DNA of 64,000 nucleotides from Dokdonella sp. (GCF_035511235.1 NZ_DATKFQ010000010.1:44074-108073); one strand, 5' to 3'. Counted from the first letter of the stretch, positions 30,649 to 39,588 are shown. Notes: a model not told the origin generated them from the sequence alone. Program-made: numbers and translations.

Positions 30649-32097
30649 ATGCAACGCTCGAACCCCGCAGGATCGCTGCTCCGATCCGTCCTGTTGCTTT
30701 CATTGTCTCCCGGGCTGGCCTTTGCATCGTCCGCACCGAACGTGCTGGCCCTCGACAACCTGCGTCTGGTCGACGCCGAGCGCAATCGCGTCGACGCACC
30801 GAGTTGCCTGCGTGTCGAAGGCAGGCGCATCGCGCGGATCGACCAGCCCGGAAAGAAGTCGTGCCTGGACGGCGCCCGCGTCGTCGACCTGCGCGATCGC
30901 TACGTCATGCCGGGACTGATCGACATGCACGCCCACCTCACCCTGGGCCCGATGGAGATCAAGCGCGAACGCGGTCGTGCCGTGATGCAGGCGCTGCCCG
31001 ACGACGAGATCGCCGAGCACAACGCGGCTCGCCTGATCGCGTTCGGCGTCACCACGATCCGCAATCCCGGCGGCGATCTGGCTGCAGCGGCACGTTACAA
31101 GGCCCGCCTGACCGCCGGCGAGCTGACCGGCCCGGAATCCTTCAACGCCGGACCCGTGATCAACAATGCCGATCTCCCCGGCCTGGCGACGGCGGCGCGC
31201 AATCCGGAGGACATGGCGCGTGTCGTGAGTGCGCAGGTCGAGGCCGGCGCCGACTGGATCAAGCTCTACACCGGCCTGTCGCCGGCATTGCTCAAGGCCG
31301 GTGTCGAGGCCGCGCACCGGCACGGCCGGCCGGCGGTCGCACACCTGGAGGCGATCGCCTGGCCGGACGCCCTGGCGACGGGCCTGGACGGCATCGTCCA
31401 TCTGATGCCGCTGAGTCCGGACCTGCTCACGGCGCAAGAGCGCACGGCCTGGCAGGCGACCGCACGCGGCGGCACCTATTCGTTCTTCGAATGGTGGGAG
31501 CATTTCGATCCCGATGGCGCCGGCGCCGATCGCATCGTGACGGCCTTCGAGCGCTACCGCCCGGTGTTCGACGCCACGCTCGTGGCATTCCATGCCGCAT
31601 TCGTGCAGGACCAGGACAACCCCTACAAGGACGACGCGCGCCGCTACGCCCATCCGCGGCTGCTCGCCCACTGGAACGACTGGTTCACCTTCGCCATCGG
31701 CTGGCAGCCGCAGGACTTCGAGCGCGCCCGGGCCGTATGGCCGAAAGTGCAGCGGATGGCGGTGCGGCTGTATGCCACCGGCGCCCGCATGACGATCGGC
31801 ACGGACATGAGCAATCCGTGGATCGCGCCCGGCATCAGCCTGCACCGCGAGTTGCAGCTGCTGGCCGACGCCGGCGTGCCCGCGAACCGCCTGCTGCTCG
31901 CCGCCACGCGCAATGCCGCGCAAGCCCTCGGCGCCGGAGAGCGGCTGGGTCGGGTCGCGCCTGGCTACGAGGCCGACCTGCTGATCCTCGAGGCCAATCC
32001 GCTGGAAGACATCGGCCACACGCGCGCCATTCACGCCGTCGTCGTCGACGGCACGCTCCTGACCGCCCCGACCCTGACCCGCCTCAAAGGACCGTGA
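30649..32097 (+). CDS. Secreted amidohydrolase-family metallo-enzyme
   Basis: Signal peptide, PGLIDMHAH (HxH), ADWIKLY, IGTD, GYEADLLILEANPL. Confidence 0.88.
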   Translation: MQRSNPAGSLLRSVLLLSLSPGLAFASSAPNVLALDNLRLVDAERNRVDAPSCLRVEGRRIARIDQPGKKSCLDGARVVDLRDRYVMPGLIDMHAHLTLGPMEIKRERGRAVMQALPDDEIAEHNAARLIAFGVTTIRNPGGDLAAAARYKARLTAGELTGPESFNAGPVINNADLPGLATAARNPEDMARVVSAQVEAGADWIKLYTGLSPALLKAGVEAAHRHGRPAVAHLEAIAWPDALATGLDGIVHLMPLSPDLLTAQERTAWQATARGGTYSFFEWWEHFDPDGAGADRIVTAFERYRPVFDATLVAFHAAFVQDQDNPYKDDARRYAHPRLLAHWNDWFTFAIGWQPQDFERARAVWPKVQRMAVRLYATGARMTIGTDMSNPWIAPGISLHRELQLLADAGVPANRLLLAATRNAAQALGAGERLGRVAPGYEADLLILEANPLEDIGHTRAIHAVVVDGTLLTAPTLTRLKGP

Positions 32098-32099
32098 AC

Positions 32100-32642
32100 A
32101 TGACTCGCCACATTCGCATCGGCTCCTGCCTGCTCACCGCGGCTCTGACCATCGGCCTGGCCGGCGCCGCTCACGCCGGCTCCGAGGATTGGCAATCCCC
32201 GGAAGCCATCGTCCACGCGCTCTACCAGACGATCTCCGCCGACCCCGGTGCCAGGCGCGACTGGGATCGCTACCGCGCATTGTTCCTCGACGGTGCCAGG
32301 CTGTCGGTGGCGATGAACTCGAAGGTCGGCAGCGGCATTCTGGGCATGGACAGCGAGGAGCTGATCGCACAGACGGAGACCGCATACGCCGCGACCGGCT
32401 TTCACGAAATCCCGCTGGTGACGCGCGTCGAGCGGCACGGACTTCTGGCCTCGGTGATGAGCAGCTTCGAGGTCCGCCTGCGCCTGGCCGACAAGAAGCC
32501 ACTGATGCGCGGTCTGAACCACTTCCAGCTGCTCAATGACGGCGAGCGATGGTGGATCGTCTCCAACGTCGGCACGATCGAAACGCCGACATCCCCTCTC
32601 CCAGCGGATCTGCTGCCGGAGAAGACGGGCGGTGCGAAATGA
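32100..32642 (+). CDS. Secreted NTF2-like (DUF4440/SnoaL-like) protein
   Basis: Signal peptide, IVHALYQTIS...DWDRYRALF, RGLNHFQL...RWWIVS. Confidence 0.7.
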   Translation: MTRHIRIGSCLLTAALTIGLAGAAHAGSEDWQSPEAIVHALYQTISADPGARRDWDRYRALFLDGARLSVAMNSKVGSGILGMDSEELIAQTETAYAATGFHEIPLVTRVERHGLLASVMSSFEVRLRLADKKPLMRGLNHFQLLNDGERWWIVSNVGTIETPTSPLPADLLPEKTGGAK

Positions 32643-32923
32643 GCACGCGGTCCACGGACGAAGTCGTTCGATCGCAGCGAAGGATGCGTCGCGCGCAACG
32701 ATGGATCGTGCTGGCCGGTACGGCATGCGTGCTGTCGTGGATCGCGCTGATCACCGGTCTGCTGATGCAGGTGGACACCGGAATCCGGATCGCCCTGGCG
32801 ACCGCGGCGGCCGTGACCACAGAAGGTACGTTCTGGCTGGCAGCACTGCTGCTCGGCGTGAGCGTTTATCAGGCGCGACAGCGACTCTGGGCAACGCTGA
32901 AACGCAGGTTCGCCGCAAAATGA
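32639..32923 (+). CDS. Small 2-TM membrane protein
   Basis: ATGA coupling, two hydrophobic segments, TEGTFWLAALLLG. Confidence 0.6.
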   Translation: MSTRSTDEVVRSQRRMRRAQRWIVLAGTACVLSWIALITGLLMQVDTGIRIALATAAAVTTEGTFWLAALLLGVSVYQARQRLWATLKRRFAAK

Positions 32924-33066
32924 GCGGGTAGCGGCGGAAGACGACCGAAGCCGGGCACCGGCGACGGACCGTGCAAACCGTGCAGCGAGAGGCGAGCCTC
33001 GATGTCCCCCTGCGCTGCCATCGGGTGAGCGGCGGCCGCCGTCCCGGCACGGCGCCTGCGCCGGGT

Positions 33067-34050
33067 CTATTTGCCGATCACCACGCCCCACGGCAGTTCG
33101 CCGACCGCGATGTCCTTGATCTTCTTGCGCGTGGCCGTGTCGATCACGCTGACGCTGTTGGAGCGGCCGTTGGCGACGTAGAGCTTGCGGCCGTCCGGCG
33201 TCAGCGCCGGGTTCCACGGCCGCTCGCCGACCTTGATCTCGGCGACCGCCTCGCCCTTGGCGACGTCGATCACCGAGACGCTGCCGGCGCCGCCGTTGGA
33301 CGCATAGACGAACGCGCCGTCGGGACTGACGGTCAGGCCGGCGGTGCGCAGCCCGGCCGCGATGCTGCCGGTCTTGCTGCGCGAGGCCAGATCGATCACG
33401 TCGACGACGTTGGCGGTCTCCTGCGCGACGTAGACCCGCGTGGTCTTGGGCAGGAACGCCATGCCGCGCGGGTGGCCGCTGGTCTTGATCACGGCGACCG
33501 AGCGGGCCGCGGCGACGTCGATGACGTCCAGATCGCTGCTGGCCTCGTTGCTGGTCAGCAGCCACTTGCCGTCCGGCGAGAACACGCAGTGCTCGGGATT
33601 GCGCCCCTGCGTGGCGACGTCGGCGCGGATCTTCAGCGTTGCCGCGTCGACCAGCAGGATGTGCTGCGAACCTTCGACGCAGACCGCGAGCGAGGCGCCG
33701 TCCGGCGAGACCGTGACGCCTTCGGCGTCCTCCTCGATCGGCACGCGCGTGCGCACGCTGTCCGAGGCGATGTCGAGCGCGACCAGCGCATTGTGCGCGG
33801 CGTCGATCACGAACAGCGTCTTGCCGCCCGGATCGAGCGCGACCTGCTGCAGGCGCTTGCCGAGCTCGCCCTGCGCGCTCAGCGTGCGTACGACCTCGTC
33901 GCTGCCGGTGTCGATGACCGAGATCGTGCCGCTGCGCTGGTTCGGCACGTAGGCCATCGGCGCCGCGCCGGCGCTCGTGGCGCCGAACGCCGCGGCGAGC
34001 GCGAGCGCGGCGGTCAGCAGACGGCCCGGGCGCAGAAACGATCGAAACAT
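33067..34050 (-). CDS. YVTN-type beta-propeller protein of the kind associated with PQQ dehydrogenase clusters
   Basis: Signal peptide, AYVPNQRSGTISVIDT, repeated SPDG..YV.N...SVSVID, VGELPWGV. GAGGAG RBS. Confidence 0.88.
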   Translation of the reverse strand: MFRSFLRPGRLLTAALALAAAFGATSAGAAPMAYVPNQRSGTISVIDTGSDEVVRTLSAQGELGKRLQQVALDPGGKTLFVIDAAHNALVALDIASDSVRTRVPIEEDAEGVTVSPDGASLAVCVEGSQHILLVDAATLKIRADVATQGRNPEHCVFSPDGKWLLTSNEASSDLDVIDVAAARSVAVIKTSGHPRGMAFLPKTTRVYVAQETANVVDVIDLASRSKTGSIAAGLRTAGLTVSPDGAFVYASNGGAGSVSVIDVAKGEAVAEIKVGERPWNPALTPDGRKLYVANGRSNSVSVIDTATRKKIKDIAVGELPWGVVIGK

Positions 34051-34174
34051 GAGCAATCTCCTCGAGACGGTTCGGGTGCGGCGCGGCATCGGCCGGTGCC
34101 GGCACGCCGCGCGCGAAGAGCGGAGCGACCGCTGCCGGACCGGCACGGCCGCTCCATTCACTGCGGGGCGCCGC

Positions 34175-34732
34175 TCAGTGCTTGCCGACGTCGAGCGGTG
34201 CGTCGGTCGCGTGTTTGGACGCGTCGCCGTACTTCTTCGCCTCGCTGCCGCGCCAGTTGGAGCGGACGAACGTGATGATCTTCCACAGATCGTCGTCGCT
34301 CTTGACGATCGTGCCGAACGGCATCATCGGTCCGACCACGTTCTCCTTGCCGATCCGATGATAGCCGTCCTTCTGCAGCGCGTCGCTGCCTTCGGAGATC
34401 AGGCGGAACAGCGTGTCGTCATCGCCGCCGTAGACCCAGGTCTCGTTGGTCAGCGGCGGACACATGCCGCCGCCGCCGGAGCCGCCGTGGCAGCCGTTGC
34501 AGCTGGCACGCAGGAACAGCTTGCGTCCTTCCTCGACGATGGCCTTGTCCGAATCCTGGTACGGATTCTTGAGCTGTCCCTTCGGCGTGGACTTGATGCG
34601 CTCGAGCGGCGGCATCGTCCCTGCCGCGGGCGCAGCGGCCGGATCGGCGGCCGACGACGTCGCCGGCAGACCGAGCCACACGGCCGCCGCCAGCACCAAC
34701 GAAACACTTGCTGCAACTGCTTTGTTCAACAC
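34175..34732 (-). CDS. xoxG: Monoheme cytochrome c, XoxG-like
   Basis: CNGCHG, GGGMCPPLTN.TWVYGGDDDTLFRL. GTG start with GAGGAG RBS. Located downstream of xoxF/xoxJ. Confidence 0.8.
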   Translation of the reverse strand: MLNKAVAASVSLVLAAAVWLGLPATSSAADPAAAPAAGTMPPLERIKSTPKGQLKNPYQDSDKAIVEEGRKLFLRASCNGCHGGSGGGGMCPPLTNETWVYGGDDDTLFRLISEGSDALQKDGYHRIGKENVVGPMMPFGTIVKSDDDLWKIITFVRSNWRGSEAKKYGDASKHATDAPLDVGKH

Positions 34733-34793
34733 GTACGACTCCTCACTTTCGATTGCCTGGGGTAACACCTGGGAAGGACGCGGTCGCCGCCAC

Positions 34794-36461
34794 TCAGCCA
34801 CGCTGCGCCGGACCGCCTGAACCGCCACCGGATGCGCGCGCGTGCTCGAGCACCTCGACCACGGCGCGGTTGTCGCGTTCGCTGGCGATGCCGAGGGCGG
34901 TGGTGCCGTCCTCGCTGGCCGCGCCGGCGTCGGCACCGTGCTGCAGCAGCAGCCGCACCGAATCGACGCGGTTGGCCGCGGCCGCGATGATCAGCGGCGT
35001 GATGCCGGCCTTGTTCTGCGCGTTGACGTCGGCGCCGCGCTCGACGAGCTTGGCCGCCGCATCGTCCCAGCCGCCGACCAGGGCCAGCATCAACGGCGTG
35101 TAGCCGCCGGCGCCGACGCTGAGATTGGCGTTGGCGCCGGCCGCGAGCAGGGCGGCGACCGCGCCGGAGCGGCCGTGCTGGGCCGCGATGCACAGCGGCG
35201 TCAGCCCCTGCTGGTTGGCGGCCTCGAGCTTGGCGCCCTTCTCGAGCAGCATGCCGACGATCTCCGGACTGTCGCGCCAGGCCGCGTACATCAGCGGCGT
35301 CCAGCCGTCGCGGTCGGCCAGGTTGACGTCGGCGCCGTGCTGGATCAGAAAGCGCGTCAGGTCGTTGTAGCGCGTCTTGACCGCGGTCAGCAGCGGCGTG
35401 TAGCCCTCGTCGTCGCGGGTGTCGACGTCGGCGCCATGCTCGAGCAGGTAACGGACGCGCACGACGTCGCCGGCGGTCGCGGCGTTGGACAGTTCGTCGT
35501 TCGGATCGGCGCCTTCGCTGAGCCAGCGCTTCAACTGGTCGAGGCTGGCGCCGGTGCCGCCGGACGGTGTCGCCATCGAGGCCACTTCGGTCTTCGGCTG
35601 CGCGGCGGCCTGCTGCGCGACCAGCTCGCCGCTGATCACGCATTCGGCGCACTGCACCAGCGGCACGCCGTACTCGTCGAGGATCGCGCGGATCTGGTCC
35701 TTGCGGCTGACCAGCACCTCGTCGAGCTTGTCGCGCAGGCCGCGGTCGCCGCGGCGCACGCCGAGCGCCATCTCGAACTGCAGCGGCGGATCGGTCGCCA
35801 TCAGATTGACCGGCTGCAGCGTGATCGGCGCCTGCTTGATCGTCTTGTACCAGCCGGCGAACGGGCCCCAGATCGCGACCAGATCGAGTTCGCCGTCGAG
35901 CATCCGCTGCACCTGATAGGTCGGCTGGTGCTCGGGCACGGTGGCGCCGTCGTAGCTGATGAAGTGCGTGACGGTGTTGTCCTTGATGCCGTGGTCGGCC
36001 AGCGCCTCGCGCACCGAGGACATCTGGTAGACGCCGATCTTGAGCTTCTTGAGGCGCGGATCGTCGAAGTTCTCGAAGCGCAGCTTGCGGTCCGTGCGCG
36101 AGGCCAGCACGAAGGTGCTGCGGTAGACCGGCCGCGTCGTCAGCACGCGCTCCAGGCCGACCGGCAGGTCGAACATCACGTCGCACATGTTGGCGTCGAG
36201 CGTGCCGCGCATCAGGCCGCGCTCGGTCGACGGACGGAAGTCGTACTGCACGCCGGTGCCGAGCGCCTCGCCGAGCACCTGCGCGATCTTGTTCTGGAAG
36301 CCTTCGCCCTTGTCGTTGGACAACGGCATGTTGCCCGGATCGGCGCAGACGCGCAGCGCGCGAATCTGCGGCGCCTGAGCCTGTGCCGCGCCGGGCGCGA
36401 GCGCGCTCGCAGCGGCGGCAACGGCGAGAGCGCTCGCCAGCGGGATGTGGATCCGGACCAT
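34794..36461 (-). CDS. xoxJ: XoxJ/MxaJ-like periplasmic binding protein fused to about 7 ankyrin repeats
   Basis: LRVCADPGNMPLSNDKGEGFQNKIA N-domain, then repeated G.TPL..A......V..LL..GAD.N units. Confidence 0.85.
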   Translation of the reverse strand: MVRIHIPLASALAVAAAASALAPGAAQAQAPQIRALRVCADPGNMPLSNDKGEGFQNKIAQVLGEALGTGVQYDFRPSTERGLMRGTLDANMCDVMFDLPVGLERVLTTRPVYRSTFVLASRTDRKLRFENFDDPRLKKLKIGVYQMSSVREALADHGIKDNTVTHFISYDGATVPEHQPTYQVQRMLDGELDLVAIWGPFAGWYKTIKQAPITLQPVNLMATDPPLQFEMALGVRRGDRGLRDKLDEVLVSRKDQIRAILDEYGVPLVQCAECVISGELVAQQAAAQPKTEVASMATPSGGTGASLDQLKRWLSEGADPNDELSNAATAGDVVRVRYLLEHGADVDTRDDEGYTPLLTAVKTRYNDLTRFLIQHGADVNLADRDGWTPLMYAAWRDSPEIVGMLLEKGAKLEAANQQGLTPLCIAAQHGRSGAVAALLAAGANANLSVGAGGYTPLMLALVGGWDDAAAKLVERGADVNAQNKAGITPLIIAAAANRVDSVRLLLQHGADAGAASEDGTTALGIASERDNRAVVEVLEHARASGGGSGGPAQRG

Positions 36462-36658
36462 CGGGTGACTCCTCATTGCTTTGTGCGGTACGGGCGCCTG
36501 CCCGCCGGCCGCACGCGTCTGCATCGAACGGCGCAAGCCACGCCTGCGCCCCTTGCTCCGGCGGACTGCGACTTGGGCCGCCACCGGACCGAACGCCGCG
36601 GTCATGTCCGAGGCGACCTTGCGCCTGCCGGATCTGCGGAACAACACGACCTTGGTGG

Positions 36659-36696
36659 TAAAAAAACGAATGCCCGGCGCCTCGTCGGCGCCGGGC
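36659..36696 (-). terminator. Intrinsic terminator directly after xoxF
   Basis: GCCCGGCGCC-N5-GGCGCCGGGC stem followed on the - strand by ATTCGTTTTTTT. Confidence 0.8.
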
Positions 36697-36729
36697 CTTT
36701 CGATCGATCGACTCAACCCGCCAGGTGCA

Positions 36730-38589
36730 TCAGTCGCCCACGCGGAACGTGTAGAGCGTGCCGCCCTGCGGAATCTTGTCGAGGTTGGCCGCCTTGGTCA
36801 TCGCGGTGGCGCCGATCGCGCCGAACTTGTCCTCCAGATCCAGGCCCGCGGTGACCGGCAGGCCGATCCAGCCGCCGATGCCGCTCCACACCGACACGTA
36901 CTGCTTGCCGTTGACCTTGTAGGTGATCGGGTTGCCGATCACGCCGGAGCCGAGCTTGCGCGACCACAGCACCTTGCCGGTCTTGCGGTCGACCGCGCGG
37001 AAGTCGCCGCCGAGGCTGCCGTAGAACGCCAGGCCGCCGTCGGTGATCAGCGCGCCGCCCCAGTTCGGATACGGATCGGGGATCTCCCACACCGTCTCGC
37101 CGGTCAGCACGTTGAACTTCTTGAACTTGCCGGTCACGCCCGGCTTCTCCGGGTACATGTAGACGTTGGCGAACACGTAGACCGTGCCCTGCTGGGTGTG
37201 CGCACGCTCCTGAGGCTCGAGCTCCATGCACCAGTTGTTGGTCGGGCAGTAGGCGACGCCTTCCTCGTTCGGATCGAGCGCGCACGGCTGCTGGTCCTTG
37301 CCGCCCATCGCCGACGGGCAGACCTGCGTGTTCTGCTCGACCGAGAACGGCGAGTGCTCCTTGACCTTGACCGGCTTGCCGGTCTTCATGTCGACCTTCT
37401 CGGCCCAGTTGGCGGTGACGTACTTGTGCGCCTTGAGCAGGGTGCCGTCGACGCGGTCGAGCACGTAGGCGAAGCCGTTGCGGTCGAAGTGCACGAGGAC
37501 CTTGCGCTTCTTGCCGTCGATCGTCCAGTCGGCCAGCATGTTCTCGTTGATGCCGTCGTAGTCCCACTGGTCGAACGGCGTCATCTGGTAGGCCCATACC
37601 GCCTCGCCGGTATCGATCTTGCGCGCGAAGATCGTCATCGACCAGTGGTTGTCCTGGCTGCCGTCGTTGCACTCCTCGTGGGTCTTGTGCTTGCAGCGGA
37701 ACGAAGGACTCCACAGGCCCGGGTTGCCGGTCGCGTGGTAGACCAGCTTGAGCTCCGGGTCATAGCTGTAGAAGCCCCAGCTGGCGCCGCCGCCGCGCTT
37801 CCACTCGTCGCCCGGATAGCCGGTGACGCCCAGATCCTTGCCGCCCTGGCCGTAATGCGGATTGGCCTTGTTGGTGTTCTTGGTCACGCACACGTCCTTG
37901 TCGGGACCGGTGGCGTGGCATTCCCAGAGCTTCTTGCCGTCGGCCAGGTTGTAGGCCGTGAAGCGGCCGCGCGCGGCGAACTCGTCACCGCCGAAGCCGA
38001 TCAGCACCTTGTTCTCGGCGATCAGCGGCGCCGGCGTGATCGTCTCGCCGTTCTCGGGGAACGCGTGCTTGACGACCCACAGCTCCTTGCCGGTCTTGGC
38101 GTCGAGCGCGATCACGAAGCCGTCGAGCGTGCCGAACACGACCTTTCCGTCGGCGTAGGACAGGCCGCGGTTGACCGTGTCGCAGCAGGCGCGCGGCACC
38201 GCCGACTCGTCGCGGTCCTCCTGCTTGACGTACTTCCAGATCGCCTTGGGATTGTCCGGGTCGCTCAAGTCCAGCGCCTGCACGATGTTCGGCCAGCCGC
38301 TGATCAGGTACATCATCGCCTTGCCGCCCTCGGTCACGACGACCGGCTGGCCCTCGTGGCCGCGCAGCGTGCCGCTGGACTGCGACCAGATCATCTGCAG
38401 CTTGCCGACGTTGTCGGTCGAGATGTCCTTGAGCGGGCTGTGCCGCGTCATCGACAGATCGCGGCCGGGCGCCGGCCACTGGTTCGGATCCTTCTGCCGC
38501 TCGATCGTCTCCGGGTTCGCCATCGCGCCCGCACTGACCGCCCCCATGAGCACCGCGGTACACACCATCGCTACTCGTCGAAATTTCAT
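36730..38589 (-). CDS. xoxF: Lanthanide-dependent PQQ methanol dehydrogenase, XoxF1-like
   Basis: [24 protein letters not shown], and WDYDGINE (second Asp = Ln3+ ligand). Clade assignment is by recollection of sequence style only. Confidence 0.92.
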   Translation of the reverse strand: MKFRRVAMVCTAVLMGAVSAGAMANPETIERQKDPNQWPAPGRDLSMTRHSPLKDISTDNVGKLQMIWSQSSGTLRGHEGQPVVVTEGGKAMMYLISGWPNIVQALDLSDPDNPKAIWKYVKQEDRDESAVPRACCDTVNRGLSYADGKVVFGTLDGFVIALDAKTGKELWVVKHAFPENGETITPAPLIAENKVLIGFGGDEFAARGRFTAYNLADGKKLWECHATGPDKDVCVTKNTNKANPHYGQGGKDLGVTGYPGDEWKRGGGASWGFYSYDPELKLVYHATGNPGLWSPSFRCKHKTHEECNDGSQDNHWSMTIFARKIDTGEAVWAYQMTPFDQWDYDGINENMLADWTIDGKKRKVLVHFDRNGFAYVLDRVDGTLLKAHKYVTANWAEKVDMKTGKPVKVKEHSPFSVEQNTQVCPSAMGGKDQQPCALDPNEEGVAYCPTNNWCMELEPQERAHTQQGTVYVFANVYMYPEKPGVTGKFKKFNVLTGETVWEIPDPYPNWGGALITDGGLAFYGSLGGDFRAVDRKTGKVLWSRKLGSGVIGNPITYKVNGKQYVSVWSGIGGWIGLPVTAGLDLEDKFGAIGATAMTKAANLDKIPQGGTLYTFRVGD

Positions 38590-38706
38590 TCGTTGCTCTC
38601 CTCATTCGCAGACGGAAGACCCCTGGCAACGGCGATGCCGAAGGCACCTACCCACGGGCCGCGCGCTACCAACCAGCACCTCGTCGATCGTTGCGCGACG
38701 CTTGTT

Positions 38707-38724
38707 AAGCAGCGGATGTGCCAA
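38707..38724 (-). promoter_or_regulatory. Sigma-54 (-24/-12) promoter of xoxF
   Basis: TTGGCACATCCGCTGCTT on the - strand (GG-N10-GC), about 118 bp upstream of the ATG. Confidence 0.75.
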
Positions 38725-38775
38725 GCGCGAAGACGGACATTGCGGCCTGACGATTCAAGGAGTTGCGGACGTGCC

Positions 38776-38816
38776 CGGGAGAATTTCCTGTTGCGTTGCA
38801 ATAGGAATTGCTCCCG
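38776..38816. promoter_or_regulatory. Paired palindromes (candidate upstream activator sequences) of xoxF/azurin
   Basis: CGGGA-GAATT-TCCTG (38776-38790) and TAGGA-ATTGC-TCCCG (38802-38816), centres 26 bp apart. Confidence 0.7.
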
Positions 38817-39082
38817 AAGTGACACACTGGCGTTCAGGCGGAACAGCGGCGGCCGCGGCCGGCCCGAGGCGCCGGAGCCGCCTGCGCCGCGACGCGACCG
38901 ATCGTCGCAGTGCGCACCGCCGACACCGTATTCATGCCGGCCGGCTTATCATGGCCGCGGTCGTCGACGAGTCCGTCATGCCAAGGTCCGGCGCCAGCAT
39001 CCGCTCGCGCACCGGCACCCGCCCGAAGAACGGACATCGACCCACGCAACCTTCCTCCACCGGTTCTCAAGGAGTCACATCC

Positions 39083-39526
39083 ATGTCCAGACTATTGCTC
39101 GCCGCCGGCCTGTTCGCGCTGGCCGCCCCGGTCTTCGCCGCCGAATGCTCGGTCGACATCGCCGGCGACGACATGATGAAGTTCGACAAGACCAGCATCG
39201 AGGTCAGCAAGAGCTGCAAGCAGTTCACGGTCAACCTCAAGCATCCCGGCCAGCTCGCCAAGAACGTGATGGGCCACAACTGGGTGCTGGCCAAGACCTC
39301 CGACGTCCAGGGCGTGGCGACCGACGGCATGTCGGCCGGCCTCGACAAGGACTACATCAAGCCCGGCGATGCCCGCGTGATCGCGCATACCAAGGTGATC
39401 GGCGCCGGCGAGACCGACTCGGTGACGTTCGACGTCTCCAAGCTCGCGGCCGACGGCGACTACACGTTCTTCTGTTCGTTCCCGGGCCACTGGAGCATCA
39501 TGAAGGGCTCGCTGAAGCTGATCTGA
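39083..39526 (+). CDS. azu: Azurin (blue copper protein)
   Basis: [34 protein letters not shown] copper ligands. AAGGAG RBS. Confidence 0.97.
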   Translation: MSRLLLAAGLFALAAPVFAAECSVDIAGDDMMKFDKTSIEVSKSCKQFTVNLKHPGQLAKNVMGHNWVLAKTSDVQGVATDGMSAGLDKDYIKPGDARVIAHTKVIGAGETDSVTFDVSKLAADGDYTFFCSFPGHWSIMKGSLKLI

Positions 39527-39552
39527 TCGCTTCGACGCGGTACCGATGACAC

Positions 39553-39588
39553 AAGGCGGAGACGGTCGCGAGGCCGCTCCGCCTTTTT
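39553..39588 (+). terminator. Intrinsic terminator after azurin
   Basis: AAGGCGGAG...CTCCGCCTT stem followed by a T run. Confidence 0.8.
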
